From NCBI GenBank assembly GCA_964499805.1, contig CAZCMR010000004.1, positions 1,615 to 65,614 on the forward strand: a stretch of DNA of 64,000 nt, in the 5' to 3' direction. Positions within the stretch are counted from its first letter, which is position 1. The number at the start of each line of letters is the position of its first letter. Source of the DNA: an uncultured Sulfurimonas sp. (GTDB taxonomy: Bacteria > Campylobacterota > Campylobacteria > Campylobacterales > Sulfurimonadaceae). The notes under the pieces are model-generated. The model saw nothing but the letters and a program-made list of their open reading frames with translations, was not told the DNA's origin and ran no database searches. Shown here piece by piece: positions 31,105-39,652 of this stretch. Position numbers and translations under genes: made by a program.

Positions 31105-32486
31105 TATAAGGCCTTTGTAATATACTCCATATCTATATGTCTCTCTATGTGTTTTGCAAACGATTTGATGGAGTTTTGTTTAAATTTTTTAAAATTATAC
31201 CCTCTGTAGCGTTTGTCAACTGTTGTGAAAAGTCTTAAACGCAGCGCATCATTTTCAAATATCCCATGCATAAATGTGCCGTATAGATTCTCTTTGTGCT
31301 TTGCACTCTTTTTGGCTGTGGCATTGTGTATCTCATATCCCTCTGCCATAGTTCCCCAGATATTGTAGCACCCTTTTTTGAGTCTTTTCTCTTTTTCAAA
31401 GAGCACTTGACCCTTAAATCTTCCCAACCCTCTTGTTTCATCTGCATCACTCTCTATATGCAGCGGATCGAGGATCTTCTCAAACATCATCTCATAGCCT
31501 CCGCAGATGGCGACTATGGTTTTATTTTTGTTTTTTAAAATCGGCTCGAAGCCTCTTGCTCTGAGCCATGCCAAATCCTCAACCACACGCTTGCTTCCCG
31601 GAACAATCAGCAGGTCACAAAGTGTGGCTTCGCTTGCGTTTGTTATAAAGAGCAGCTCAATTTCTCTATCTGCTACAAGCGGTTCAAAGTCGGTAAAGTT
31701 ACTGATGTGGGGGAGCTGTATCACGCCTACTTTGATGATGGCATCTTTTGTATCTTGTTTGTAACCCATGAGTGAGGCACTGTCTTCAAAACCGAGATTA
31801 AAGGGCTTGTAGGGGACAACACCTAAAACCTTGATGCCAAATCGCTTCTCTATGATGGTAACCCCCTCATCAAAGAGGCTCATATCACCTTGAAATTTGT
31901 TGACGATAACACCGATGATATTTTTACGCAGTTTTTTTGGAAGGAGTTTGTAGACACCGTAGATAGAGGCAAAAACGCCACCACGTTCAATATCTGCAAC
32001 AAGGATTATCTTTGTATTGAATTTTTTTGCCACATAGATATTGGAGAGATCTTTGCTCATTAAATTCAACTCCACAGGAGAGCCTGCACCCTCTGCGACT
32101 ATGACATCATAACTCTTTTGCAGACTCTTAAACGCAGCCTCTACATAGGGTTTGAGCGTGTCTATATCACGATAGTAGCTCCATACATCTTTGTTACAAA
32201 CACTTTTGCCGTTGATGATAAGATGTGCTGTTGATCTGCCTCCTGATTTTAGGAGGATGGGATTCATAAGAGGGGTGGTCTCTAAGCCTATCGCCTCTGC
32301 TGCGAAGGCTTGGGGAATGGCTATCTCTCCTGTGTTTATATCTGTCACAAGAGAGTTGTTCGAGACATTCTGCGCTTTAAAAGGGGCGACCTTGATGCCT
32401 CTGTGGTGCAGCAGATAGGTAATGGCAAAACTGAGCGTTGATTTTCCTGCATCGCTGCTGGTTCCAAAGATGCTAAGCGATCTCAT
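31104..32486 (-). CDS. cobQ: Cobyric acid synthase (CobQ/CbiP)
   Basis: GTSSDAGKS, PFKAQN, EGAGSPVELNL, ISNFTDF, ICGGY, GYEIH. Confidence 0.95.
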   Translation of the reverse strand: MRSLSIFGTSSDAGKSTLSFAITYLLHHRGIKVAPFKAQNVSNNSLVTDINTGEIAIPQAFAAEAIGLETTPLMNPILLKSGGRSTAHLIINGKSVCNKDVWSYYRDIDTLKPYVEAAFKSLQKSYDVIVAEGAGSPVELNLMSKDLSNIYVAKKFNTKIILVADIERGGVFASIYGVYKLLPKKLRKNIIGVIVNKFQGDMSLFDEGVTIIEKRFGIKVLGVVPYKPFNLGFEDSASLMGYKQDTKDAIIKVGVIQLPHISNFTDFEPLVADREIELLFITNASEATLCDLLIVPGSKRVVEDLAWLRARGFEPILKNKNKTIVAICGGYEMMFEKILDPLHIESDADETRGLGRFKGQVLFEKEKRLKKGCYNIWGTMAEGYEIHNATAKKSAKHKENLYGTFMHGIFENDALRLRLFTTVDKRYRGYNFKKFKQNSIKSFAKHIERHIDMEYITKAL

Positions 32487-33475
32487 CCCAGAGCAGCTTT
32501 GAGTTTTTCATGAGCGGTTTTGTCTTTGACGGCAAAGCGGAGCCACTCATTTCCAAGATAATCAAAACTGCCACAGGTTCTCACGAGTATCTTATGTGCG
32601 AGCAGACGCTCAAAGAGTGCCTCTGCGTTTGGAGTATGTACAAGGATGAAATTTGCGTCGCTCTCTACGATCTGATCAAAGATATCGGCACCTTTTAAAA
32701 TCGTTAAAAGTTCTGCTTTTTGGATGCTGTGGAGCTCTTTGCTTTTTGTTTTGAAGGCTTCATCACTAAGACGCTGTTTGAGAAACTCTACATCCATAGA
32801 GGAGATGTTCCATAACGGCGGAGCTATTTTTACACTGTTTTTTTCATGTGTAAAGATTGCGCCTATGCGTACGCCTGCACAGGAGTAGAATTTTGAAAAT
32901 GATTGGATGATGTAGAGCTTTTTATAGTCCTGCACCTGATTTCTGAGTGATTTTAGTCCTTCGAACTCAAGAAAGCTCTCATCTAAAATGATGGTACACT
33001 TCTTCTTTTTCCACATCAAAAAGAGCTCATCAAGGTCGTAGTAGCTTCCTTCCGGAGTAGAGGGGTTGACAAATACCACTATGGACTTCTCATCGACTTC
33101 TTGGTCTATATCTTCGATGCGGTTTATTTTGTAGATATCCTTACCACTCTGCAGAGCTGCTTTTTCATACTCTCCATAAAGCGGTGCGTAGAGATAGACT
33201 CTTTTTTGTTTGAGCGATGCTAAGAGAGTGTAGATGGCAGCTGTTGCTCCGTTGTAGAGTGAGATTTGAGCACTCTCTAATCTGTACTGCTTTGCGATGA
33301 TGTTTTTTAGTTCAGAGTAGTTGCTGTCAGCATATTTTGTTATGACTGCGTTTGAGAACTGTAGTGGTAACTCTGGCTGGTAGAGATTGATATTTGATGA
33401 GAAGTCTATGATCTCCTCAGGTTTACAGTCAAGCTCTTTTGCATATTTATATATATTTGCGCCGTGTTTCATCAT
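32483..33475 (-). CDS. cobD: L-threonine-O-3-phosphate decarboxylase (CobD-like PLP enzyme)
   Basis: HGAN, IDFSSNIN, NPSTPEG, DESF, SFSKFYSCAGVRIG; context next to cobQ and cbiB. Confidence 0.85.
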   Translation of the reverse strand: MMKHGANIYKYAKELDCKPEEIIDFSSNINLYQPELPLQFSNAVITKYADSNYSELKNIIAKQYRLESAQISLYNGATAAIYTLLASLKQKRVYLYAPLYGEYEKAALQSGKDIYKINRIEDIDQEVDEKSIVVFVNPSTPEGSYYDLDELFLMWKKKKCTIILDESFLEFEGLKSLRNQVQDYKKLYIIQSFSKFYSCAGVRIGAIFTHEKNSVKIAPPLWNISSMDVEFLKQRLSDEAFKTKSKELHSIQKAELLTILKGADIFDQIVESDANFILVHTPNAEALFERLLAHKILVRTCGSFDYLGNEWLRFAVKDKTAHEKLKAALG

Positions 33476-33678
33476 AGCTCTACATCATCCCAAAATTCGT
33501 TAAAGTCAAGGTTTGTCATTGCATTCTCATCGGCAATGTTTTTCTCAAGCAGTTTTTTCTGCTCATTTGCAAAGTACTCTTCGAGTGCTTCATTGATAAT
33601 TTCACTGATATCTTTTTTCTTCATTTCGCTGAAGGCCTCAAGGTTTTGCATATTGTATTCGTTTATTTTTATCTGCAC
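33472..33678 (-). CDS. Small ribbon-helix-helix-like protein
   Basis: Beta-alpha-alpha pattern (ISEIINEALEEYF); GAGGAG SD; overlaps the cobD start. Confidence 0.6.
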   Translation of the reverse strand: MQIKINEYNMQNLEAFSEMKKKDISEIINEALEEYFANEQKKLLEKNIADENAMTNLDFNEFWDDVEL

Positions 33679-33683
33679 TGTTT

Positions 33684-34124
33684 TTACTCCTCTTTTGTAT
33701 CGACATCACACGGAGCCATTATCTTTGCCCACTCAAGATCAAAATGTTTGGCAACATACTCTTTATGGTGCGGTACCTGACATCCTGAACAGTCTTGATG
33801 TATCTTCTCGCCATATACGCCCTGTGCCCCGTCTTTTGAGTCTATGGCACAAAAACTGTACTGCGTTTTACCCTCAATCTCTTTAATCCCTTTGTCGCTG
33901 TAACGGAAGTTCGGGCAGGAGCAGAGATAGCAGTTGAGCGAATCCATCTCGTGGCATTTTCTGTTCTCTTTGTAGAGCGGACAAAAATCGGGCTCTGAGA
34001 GACGCATATTTTCAAAGTCGAAATACTCAATTATCTGCTCTTTTGTGTAGTTTTTAGAGAGGAGTTTATCGACTATCTTTTTATGTGCGGCTGCATGTTC
34101 CTTTACCCAGCTTGTGTATCCCAA
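33684..34124 (-). CDS. Cysteine-rich small domain (zf-like) protein
   Basis: CPLY..CH..NCYLCSCP..C..DCSGCQVPH; TTG start with AAGGAG SD. Confidence 0.75.
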   Translation of the reverse strand: MGYTSWVKEHAAAHKKIVDKLLSKNYTKEQIIEYFDFENMRLSEPDFCPLYKENRKCHEMDSLNCYLCSCPNFRYSDKGIKEIEGKTQYSFCAIDSKDGAQGVYGEKIHQDCSGCQVPHHKEYVAKHFDLEWAKIMAPCDVDTKEE

Positions 34125-34133
34125 AAGTGCTCC

Positions 34134-34979
34134 TTAGGCTGTATAGATAAGCTTTTGGCTTATCTTGTTGCCTGAGAGTGCAACATAGCGCATCGGATAC
34201 ATATCTAGATCTTTGGGACGGATAAAACCACGGGTCACGATAAGTTGTGTATCTTGGAGCTTGGTAAGAGAGTCGATGTGCTTATGACCTGAGAGCGTCA
34301 GCAGAAGATTTTTGTAGCCAAAGAGTCTTTTTTGTGTCTCTTGTGTATTGTTGAGTACGTATTTATGAAGATCTTTCTCCTCCGTACCGCCCCAGTAATT
34401 TGTATAGGGGTGGTGGTTTAGAATAAGTGTCGGCTTACCTGCTTGCAAGATGTGCTCGGCAAAAGCAAGCGTTTTTTCACTGTAGAGACCGTTGTTCTGA
34501 TGTTCAATACAGCTGTCAAGTCCTAAAATGTTATACCCGTTTTTCTCCAGAAGCCAATCTTTTCCCGATGTTGTAAGCCCTCGATCAGCTACGAACATCT
34601 TTTCAAACGCAGCGAGATTTATTGCATCATCACCTTTTGGTGAGGACTCTTTATTACCTCTTACGCTGTAGTAGGGGCAGTGTAGATTATCTGCGATTTT
34701 TTGAAAAACGACTGCATCTTTATCGCCGGCAACATTGTTGTTGAAGTTGTCACCGCCAAAGAGTACGAAGTCCAGATCGGGATGGTTTTTGTTGATAAAG
34801 GCAACGGCAAGTTTGAGTGCATCTACCGAGTCGCTGTCACTGAGATCCATATGTGAATCGGTAATGTGTATAAACTTGAGGTCGTGCGTCTCTTTTGTCT
34901 GTGCTGCGTTTAGTGCAAGCGGAAGTGCAGTCGCTGCGACAGCTCCTTTTAGAAAACTACGTCTTGAAATCTTTGGCAT
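34134..34979 (-). CDS. Tat-exported calcineurin-like metallophosphoesterase
   Basis: SRRSFLK twin-arginine signal; TDSH, GGD, GNKE, HHP and GHKH motifs. Confidence 0.85.
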   Translation of the reverse strand: MPKISRRSFLKGAVAATALPLALNAAQTKETHDLKFIHITDSHMDLSDSDSVDALKLAVAFINKNHPDLDFVLFGGDNFNNNVAGDKDAVVFQKIADNLHCPYYSVRGNKESSPKGDDAINLAAFEKMFVADRGLTTSGKDWLLEKNGYNILGLDSCIEHQNNGLYSEKTLAFAEHILQAGKPTLILNHHPYTNYWGGTEEKDLHKYVLNNTQETQKRLFGYKNLLLTLSGHKHIDSLTKLQDTQLIVTRGFIRPKDLDMYPMRYVALSGNKISQKLIYTA

Positions 34980-35008
34980 GATAAATCCCTCTTTTTTAAA
35001 TTATAGCA

Positions 35009-35974
35009 TTATTTTTTTGCGTTTGAGATAATCAGATAGATAAAGAACGGCCCGCCTATAATGGCTGTGATAATGCCGATGGGAAGTTCGCTCTGCGTCT
35101 GGAGTGTACGAGAGAGCGTATCGCAGGCAACTAAAAAAAGTCCGCCAAAGAGAGCCGTTTTTATAATTCTTCGGCTGACATTGGAGGGATAAAGTTTTTG
35201 GATGATATGAGGAACAATCAGTCCTACAAAACCGATGGGACCGCTGATGCTTACAAGTACGCCTATGGCCAAAGAAGAGACAACAAGCAAAATGAGCGTT
35301 ACTCTTTTTGTATCAACTCCCTTAAGTTTTGCCTGATCTTGCGAGATACTCAGGAGTTGGAGCTCAAACTTGTAGCGGTAGATAAAAAGAGCGAGGAGGA
35401 TACCTACAAAAGCAACCCCGATGGGATACTTCCAGCCGATGACCGAGAGAGAACCCATAGTGAAACGGATAAGCATGTCGTTTTGGATGGCAGATCCAAG
35501 GTAGAAAACCACCATCAATACAGAGGTGTAAAAGAGTGAGAGTGCAATTCCCAAAAGCAGGAGTGACTCTTCTCCTGATGAGCGGATGAAGCGTGAAAGA
35601 TAGATGAGTAAAAAAACAGTCAAAAGTGCACCCAAAAAACCAAAGATACTGATGGCTCCTATGCCAAAGATAAGGGTAGAGAGACCGAGTTTGATGGCAA
35701 TTCCTGCTCCCAGAACTGCTCCACTAGATATTCCCAGTGTATAGGGTGTCATCAGTGCATTGCGAAAGAGCGTCTGAAAGAGCAGTCCACTGAGCGATAA
35801 AATAGTTCCTGCAAAAAAGGCAAAGAGAACACGGGGAAGTCTCAGATCATAAAAGATAGTGGCATTCATGGAGCTGCGTTTGAGGATCTGCTCAAGAGAG
35901 AGATCAACTGCTCCCATAAAAGGAGAAATAACAAATACAGCTATAAGTACGAACCATAAAACTTTTTTAATCAT
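35009..35974 (-). CDS. btuC: Cobalamin/FecCD-family ABC permease
   Basis: LRLPR, QTLFRN, GPIGFVGLIVPH, ELPIG; cobamide gene context. Confidence 0.8.
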   Translation of the reverse strand: MIKKVLWFVLIAVFVISPFMGAVDLSLEQILKRSSMNATIFYDLRLPRVLFAFFAGTILSLSGLLFQTLFRNALMTPYTLGISSGAVLGAGIAIKLGLSTLIFGIGAISIFGFLGALLTVFLLIYLSRFIRSSGEESLLLLGIALSLFYTSVLMVVFYLGSAIQNDMLIRFTMGSLSVIGWKYPIGVAFVGILLALFIYRYKFELQLLSISQDQAKLKGVDTKRVTLILLVVSSLAIGVLVSISGPIGFVGLIVPHIIQKLYPSNVSRRIIKTALFGGLFLVACDTLSRTLQTQSELPIGIITAIIGGPFFIYLIISNAKK

Positions 35975-36692
35975 ACTCTACCGCCAGTGCGTGAAATGCA
36001 ACACCATAGAGTCGCTCAAGTACCTTATCATCAAAGAACTCATCTCCATAAAGTGCTGCTGTTGTATCGTCTAAAAAGAGAATCTTACTCCCTATAAACG
36101 CAGCAAGATGCAGATCATGGGTGATAAGGATAACAGTATGGGATTTTTGCAATTCTTTGATATGTTTGGCAATGATCTTGGAGTTTTTCGGATCGAGGTT
36201 TGCTGTTGGCTCATCAAAGATGATGATCTTGCTTTGTTGGGTAAGTGCCTGCGCGATAAGAGTGAGCTGTTGTTCCCCTGAGCTGAGTTCACGAATATGT
36301 TGTTTTGCAAGATGTCTGATACCAAGATACTCCATCATCTCCTTGACTGTCTCTCTGTCTTTTTGAGAGTAGTCAAAGAGAGACTCTTTATGTGGAAACC
36401 TTCCTAAGAGTACGAACTCCTCGGCAGTGATAAATGAGTCATAGACTTCGAGTTTTGTAGGAATATAGGAGAGGAGTTTTGCACGCTCTTTTGCAGGAAT
36501 TTTTGCTGCGTTTATATTTTGTATTTCAATACTCCCACTGTAAGCATTGAGCCCTGCGAGGCATTTTGCCAGTGTACTTTTGCCCGAACCGTTTGCTCCG
36601 ACAATAGTGAGATGCCCCTCTATCTCAAAAGAGAGGTTTTGTAGAACTTTTTTCTTATCAAACCGGACACTGAGGTTGTGAAGCTTAATCAT
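35967..36692 (-). CDS. btuD: ABC ATPase (BtuD/FepC-like)
   Basis: GANGSGKS, LSSGEQQ, FDEPTANLD. Confidence 0.8.
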   Translation of the reverse strand: MIKLHNLSVRFDKKKVLQNLSFEIEGHLTIVGANGSGKSTLAKCLAGLNAYSGSIEIQNINAAKIPAKERAKLLSYIPTKLEVYDSFITAEEFVLLGRFPHKESLFDYSQKDRETVKEMMEYLGIRHLAKQHIRELSSGEQQLTLIAQALTQQSKIIIFDEPTANLDPKNSKIIAKHIKELQKSHTVILITHDLHLAAFIGSKILFLDDTTAALYGDEFFDDKVLERLYGVAFHALAVEYD

Positions 36693-37497
36693 TCATCTCC
36701 CTGCAGAGCCGTTTTATAGTGAGTGCAACTCTTTGTGAAGGGATATGCAGATAATCTTCATCAACTACGCTTATTTTATGATTTTTGGCAGCCTGTGTGG
36801 GAATAGCATACCAGCTCTTGAGTGCTTTTTTTACATCGACGTTGGCTTCTGTTGCATGGGAGTGCAGGATGATGATCTGCTGTGGATTGAGTGCTATAAC
36901 GTTTTCATAACTCAAAACAGGTTGTTTGGCTGCGTTTGAGGTGTAGGCATTTGTATTGCCACAGGCTTTGATAATGTCATCAAAGAATATATCGTGCCCT
37001 GCGATGTAGATCCCCCCGCGCAAATCTTCATGAAGACCGTAGACTATCATCACAGAGTGAGGTTTTTTACTTTTGTGAGCAGTGGTTATTGCGTTTGTTA
37101 TCTTGTTAGTTAGTTTTTTTGCCTCTTTTGTAGCATGGAGTTTTTTTCCTAAAATCAAGATAGAGTTTTCAATGGATTTGATTCTTTTGAGATTGAGCTG
37201 CAGTGTTGGTATGCCAAAAGATTTGAGCTGGGAGAGTGTTTTGTTATTAAAGCTCTGTCCAACGACCAAAGTCGGTGCGTAGGAGATTATTTTTTCTATG
37301 TTTGGATTTGTATATCCGCCGATGATGGGAAGTTTTTGTGCTGCGTTTGGATAGAGAGAGTAGCTGCTTGTGGCAACCAGCTCATCTCCTTTATCCAATC
37401 CGTAAATGATCTCTGTAATGGATGGGCTCAAAGAGATGATTCTCTCCTGAGCAAAAAGAGAGAGTATGAAGAGTGAAATAAGGAGAATGTGTCTCAT
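36685..37497 (-). CDS. btuF: Cobalamin-binding periplasmic protein
   Basis: RIISLSPSITE, NIEKI, NPQ.II and PSQR helical-backbone motifs. Confidence 0.8.
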   Translation of the reverse strand: MRHILLISLFILSLFAQERIISLSPSITEIIYGLDKGDELVATSSYSLYPNAAQKLPIIGGYTNPNIEKIISYAPTLVVGQSFNNKTLSQLKSFGIPTLQLNLKRIKSIENSILILGKKLHATKEAKKLTNKITNAITTAHKSKKPHSVMIVYGLHEDLRGGIYIAGHDIFFDDIIKACGNTNAYTSNAAKQPVLSYENVIALNPQQIIILHSHATEANVDVKKALKSWYAIPTQAAKNHKISVVDEDYLHIPSQRVALTIKRLCREMND

Positions 37498-37512
37498 ACT
37501 CTGCGTCCTTTT

Positions 37513-39393
37513 TTAATATTTTAGTGTTAGACCTACGTATACAGAACGGGATGGGGTTGCATATCCGTCAACTGTTTGATAATAGTTGTCTGTAAGGTTG
37601 TCAATTTTAGCATAATAAGAGAGATTTTTGTCTGCTTTGAAATTTGCTACAAGGTCAGCTATTGCATAACGTCCTGTCTGTGCCCCTTGATTATCTGCTT
37701 TATTGTAACGTGTTCCTATGTATTGAACATGTCCGCTGAAATCTACATCATCTGAATAGTAATATGTAGCAGTTGCATCAAGTTGGTTGATCGGACGACG
37801 AGCAAGAGTCTTTCCGTCTGCATCTTCTGTTCTTAGGTATGTGTAGAGTGCTTTTACTCCAATATCATTGGTAAAATAGTTTTCAAAACCAAGCTCTACA
37901 CCTTTAAATTTTGTTTTTCCTGATGTTTGAACGTATCCGGCAGGGTAAAGATAGTCTATAAGGTCTGTAATCTCATTGTAAAAACCTGTGATCCAAACAG
38001 TATCGTTACCAAGAGTGATATCTGTTGTTAAAGATTTTTCCGGTTTAAGATTTGGATTTGCTCCAAATTGTCCATAGAGTTGACCAAGTGTCGGAGCATT
38101 GTATCCTGTACCTGCATTTACGCTAATATAAAATCCGTTTTTAAGGAATTGTTTGACACCTACTTTTCCTGTTAATGCATTGTCAAACGCAGTATAGTTG
38201 TCATAGCGTAGAGATTCGCTCAGAATCGTATTTGCATTTGCTATCAGGCTGAGTTTGTTGTAGTTGGTTACAAAAAGAGAGCTTGCACTGTAGTCTTTGT
38301 CTTTGTTTGGTGTGATGTTTTGTTGCTCAAATTTTTGATAAGAGGCACCAAATCTGATAAAACTGTTCTTCATGTAGTCTATTTTATCTTCTGCTTTTAC
38401 TTCATGAACATCACCATCATAATTGTATGTGCCGTATGTACCGATGATATCTCTGTTAAAGATTGAAAAATTATAAGTAACTTTAACATCATTGACACTG
38501 TCTTTATGATTTAATCCGATATGATAGAAACGATTGAAAAGAGTAGTTTGCGGTATAGGGCTGTCACTTGAAACATAAGTACCCGTTGCTGCATTATATG
38601 CAGAAGCGTCATAGTGTACAGTTGATTTTATGATATTGACACTTGCTTCTACAGAGTCATTGTCAGTAAAATTATAGGCTGCTTTAAATCCTGAACTTCT
38701 GTTAATATACGGATCTTTTTCATAACCGAGCTCATCATATCTTTTCCCGTAATCTGCACTGCCTTTATACGGCTCAGCAGCAGAAAAACCATCTGTAGTG
38801 TAAAGAAGAGAGTTCGCACTTACACGTAGTTTGTCTGTTGCGTAAGAAGCGAGTATTGATGTTTTTGAAGTGTTGTATGAACCATACTCTGTGTTAATAG
38901 AAGCATGAAGTCCTTTTTTCGCAGTAGAAGTGATGATGTTGATGACACCTCCACTTGCATCACTTCCCCAGACACCTGATTGTGCCCCTTTGATAACCTC
39001 TATGCGCTCTACATTGTTAAGCATGATCTGTGAAAATTCCGCTGCTGCACCTATGGCTGTAGGGTTGTTGTAGCGGACACCGTCTATCAGTACCAAAATA
39101 CGTTTAGAGCTCATTCCTCGGATATAAACGGATGATGATGTTCCTGCTCCGCCATTTTGAGTGATAGAGAGATTTGCAAGTTTGCTCAGTGCATCGTTGA
39201 GTGTAGAGACACGAGACTCCTCTATCTGCTCTTTTGTAATGACTATAACATTATCAGTAACATCTTTTTTCTTAAGTTTTGTTCCCTGTGAAGCTGTTAC
39301 TTCTATGTTTTTGAGTGTGTATTGGTTCTGTGCCTGGAGCGTGCCGGTAGATATAATAGCTGTAAGCAGCGATAACTTTAGTGTTGTATTCAT
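37513..39393 (-). CDS. btuB: TonB-dependent receptor, BtuB-like
   Basis: TonB box IEVTAS; plug motifs YIRG, LIDGV, ERIEVIKG and GGVINIIT; NPNLKPEKS; LARRP; NLTDNYY; ~626 aa; upstream of btuFDC and cob genes. Confidence 0.8.
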   Translation of the reverse strand: MNTTLKLSLLTAIISTGTLQAQNQYTLKNIEVTASQGTKLKKKDVTDNVIVITKEQIEESRVSTLNDALSKLANLSITQNGGAGTSSSVYIRGMSSKRILVLIDGVRYNNPTAIGAAAEFSQIMLNNVERIEVIKGAQSGVWGSDASGGVINIITSTAKKGLHASINTEYGSYNTSKTSILASYATDKLRVSANSLLYTTDGFSAAEPYKGSADYGKRYDELGYEKDPYINRSSGFKAAYNFTDNDSVEASVNIIKSTVHYDASAYNAATGTYVSSDSPIPQTTLFNRFYHIGLNHKDSVNDVKVTYNFSIFNRDIIGTYGTYNYDGDVHEVKAEDKIDYMKNSFIRFGASYQKFEQQNITPNKDKDYSASSLFVTNYNKLSLIANANTILSESLRYDNYTAFDNALTGKVGVKQFLKNGFYISVNAGTGYNAPTLGQLYGQFGANPNLKPEKSLTTDITLGNDTVWITGFYNEITDLIDYLYPAGYVQTSGKTKFKGVELGFENYFTNDIGVKALYTYLRTEDADGKTLARRPINQLDATATYYYSDDVDFSGHVQYIGTRYNKADNQGAQTGRYAIADLVANFKADKNLSYYAKIDNLTDNYYQTVDGYATPSRSVYVGLTLKY

Positions 39394-39451
39394 TATTGTC
39401 CTTATAAGGGTAGTTGTAGTTTTTGGATATTTTGGTGATTGGGTGTTGCGT

Positions 39452-39607
39452 TTAGGAAGCGGGTGGAGAGTTGATTTTTATCTTGAGGGGTTTTCCGCTG
39501 AGTGTACATACAGCACTAGAGAGTGCTACAATTTTTTGCATAGAGATATATGCCTGAATTGCTGCTAGTGTAAAGTATTTTTTTCCAAAACCTTTAGGTG
39601 TATGCAC
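39452..39607 (-). CDS. Unannotated 51-aa leader peptide (uORF) of the btuB operon
   Basis: GTG..TAA reads MHTPKGFGKKYFTLAAIQAYISMQKIVALSSAVCTLSGKPLKIKINSPPAS; AGAGAG upstream; below the ORF-track length cut-off. Confidence 0.55.
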   Translation of the reverse strand: MHTPKGFGKKYFTLAAIQAYISMQKIVALSSAVCTLSGKPLKIKINSPPAS

Positions 39608-39633
39608 GTATTTCTCTCTATAACTTTTTTGGA

Positions 39634-39639
39634 ATTATA
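39634..39639 (-). promoter_or_regulatory. -10 box (TATAAT) for the uORF-btuB transcript
   Basis: Perfect TATAAT 26 nt upstream of the uORF GTG. Confidence 0.55.
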
Positions 39640-39652
39640 ACGAAAAAGTAGC

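Noticed and set aside
39161-39568. 135-aa plus-strand ORF across the btuB start
   Set aside because: Antisense to btuB and its leader, with no SD or recognisable motif.
39394-39640. Cobalamin riboswitch upstream of btuB
   Set aside because: Conserved riboswitch elements were not found by eye; a uORF explains the region better, pending an Infernal check.
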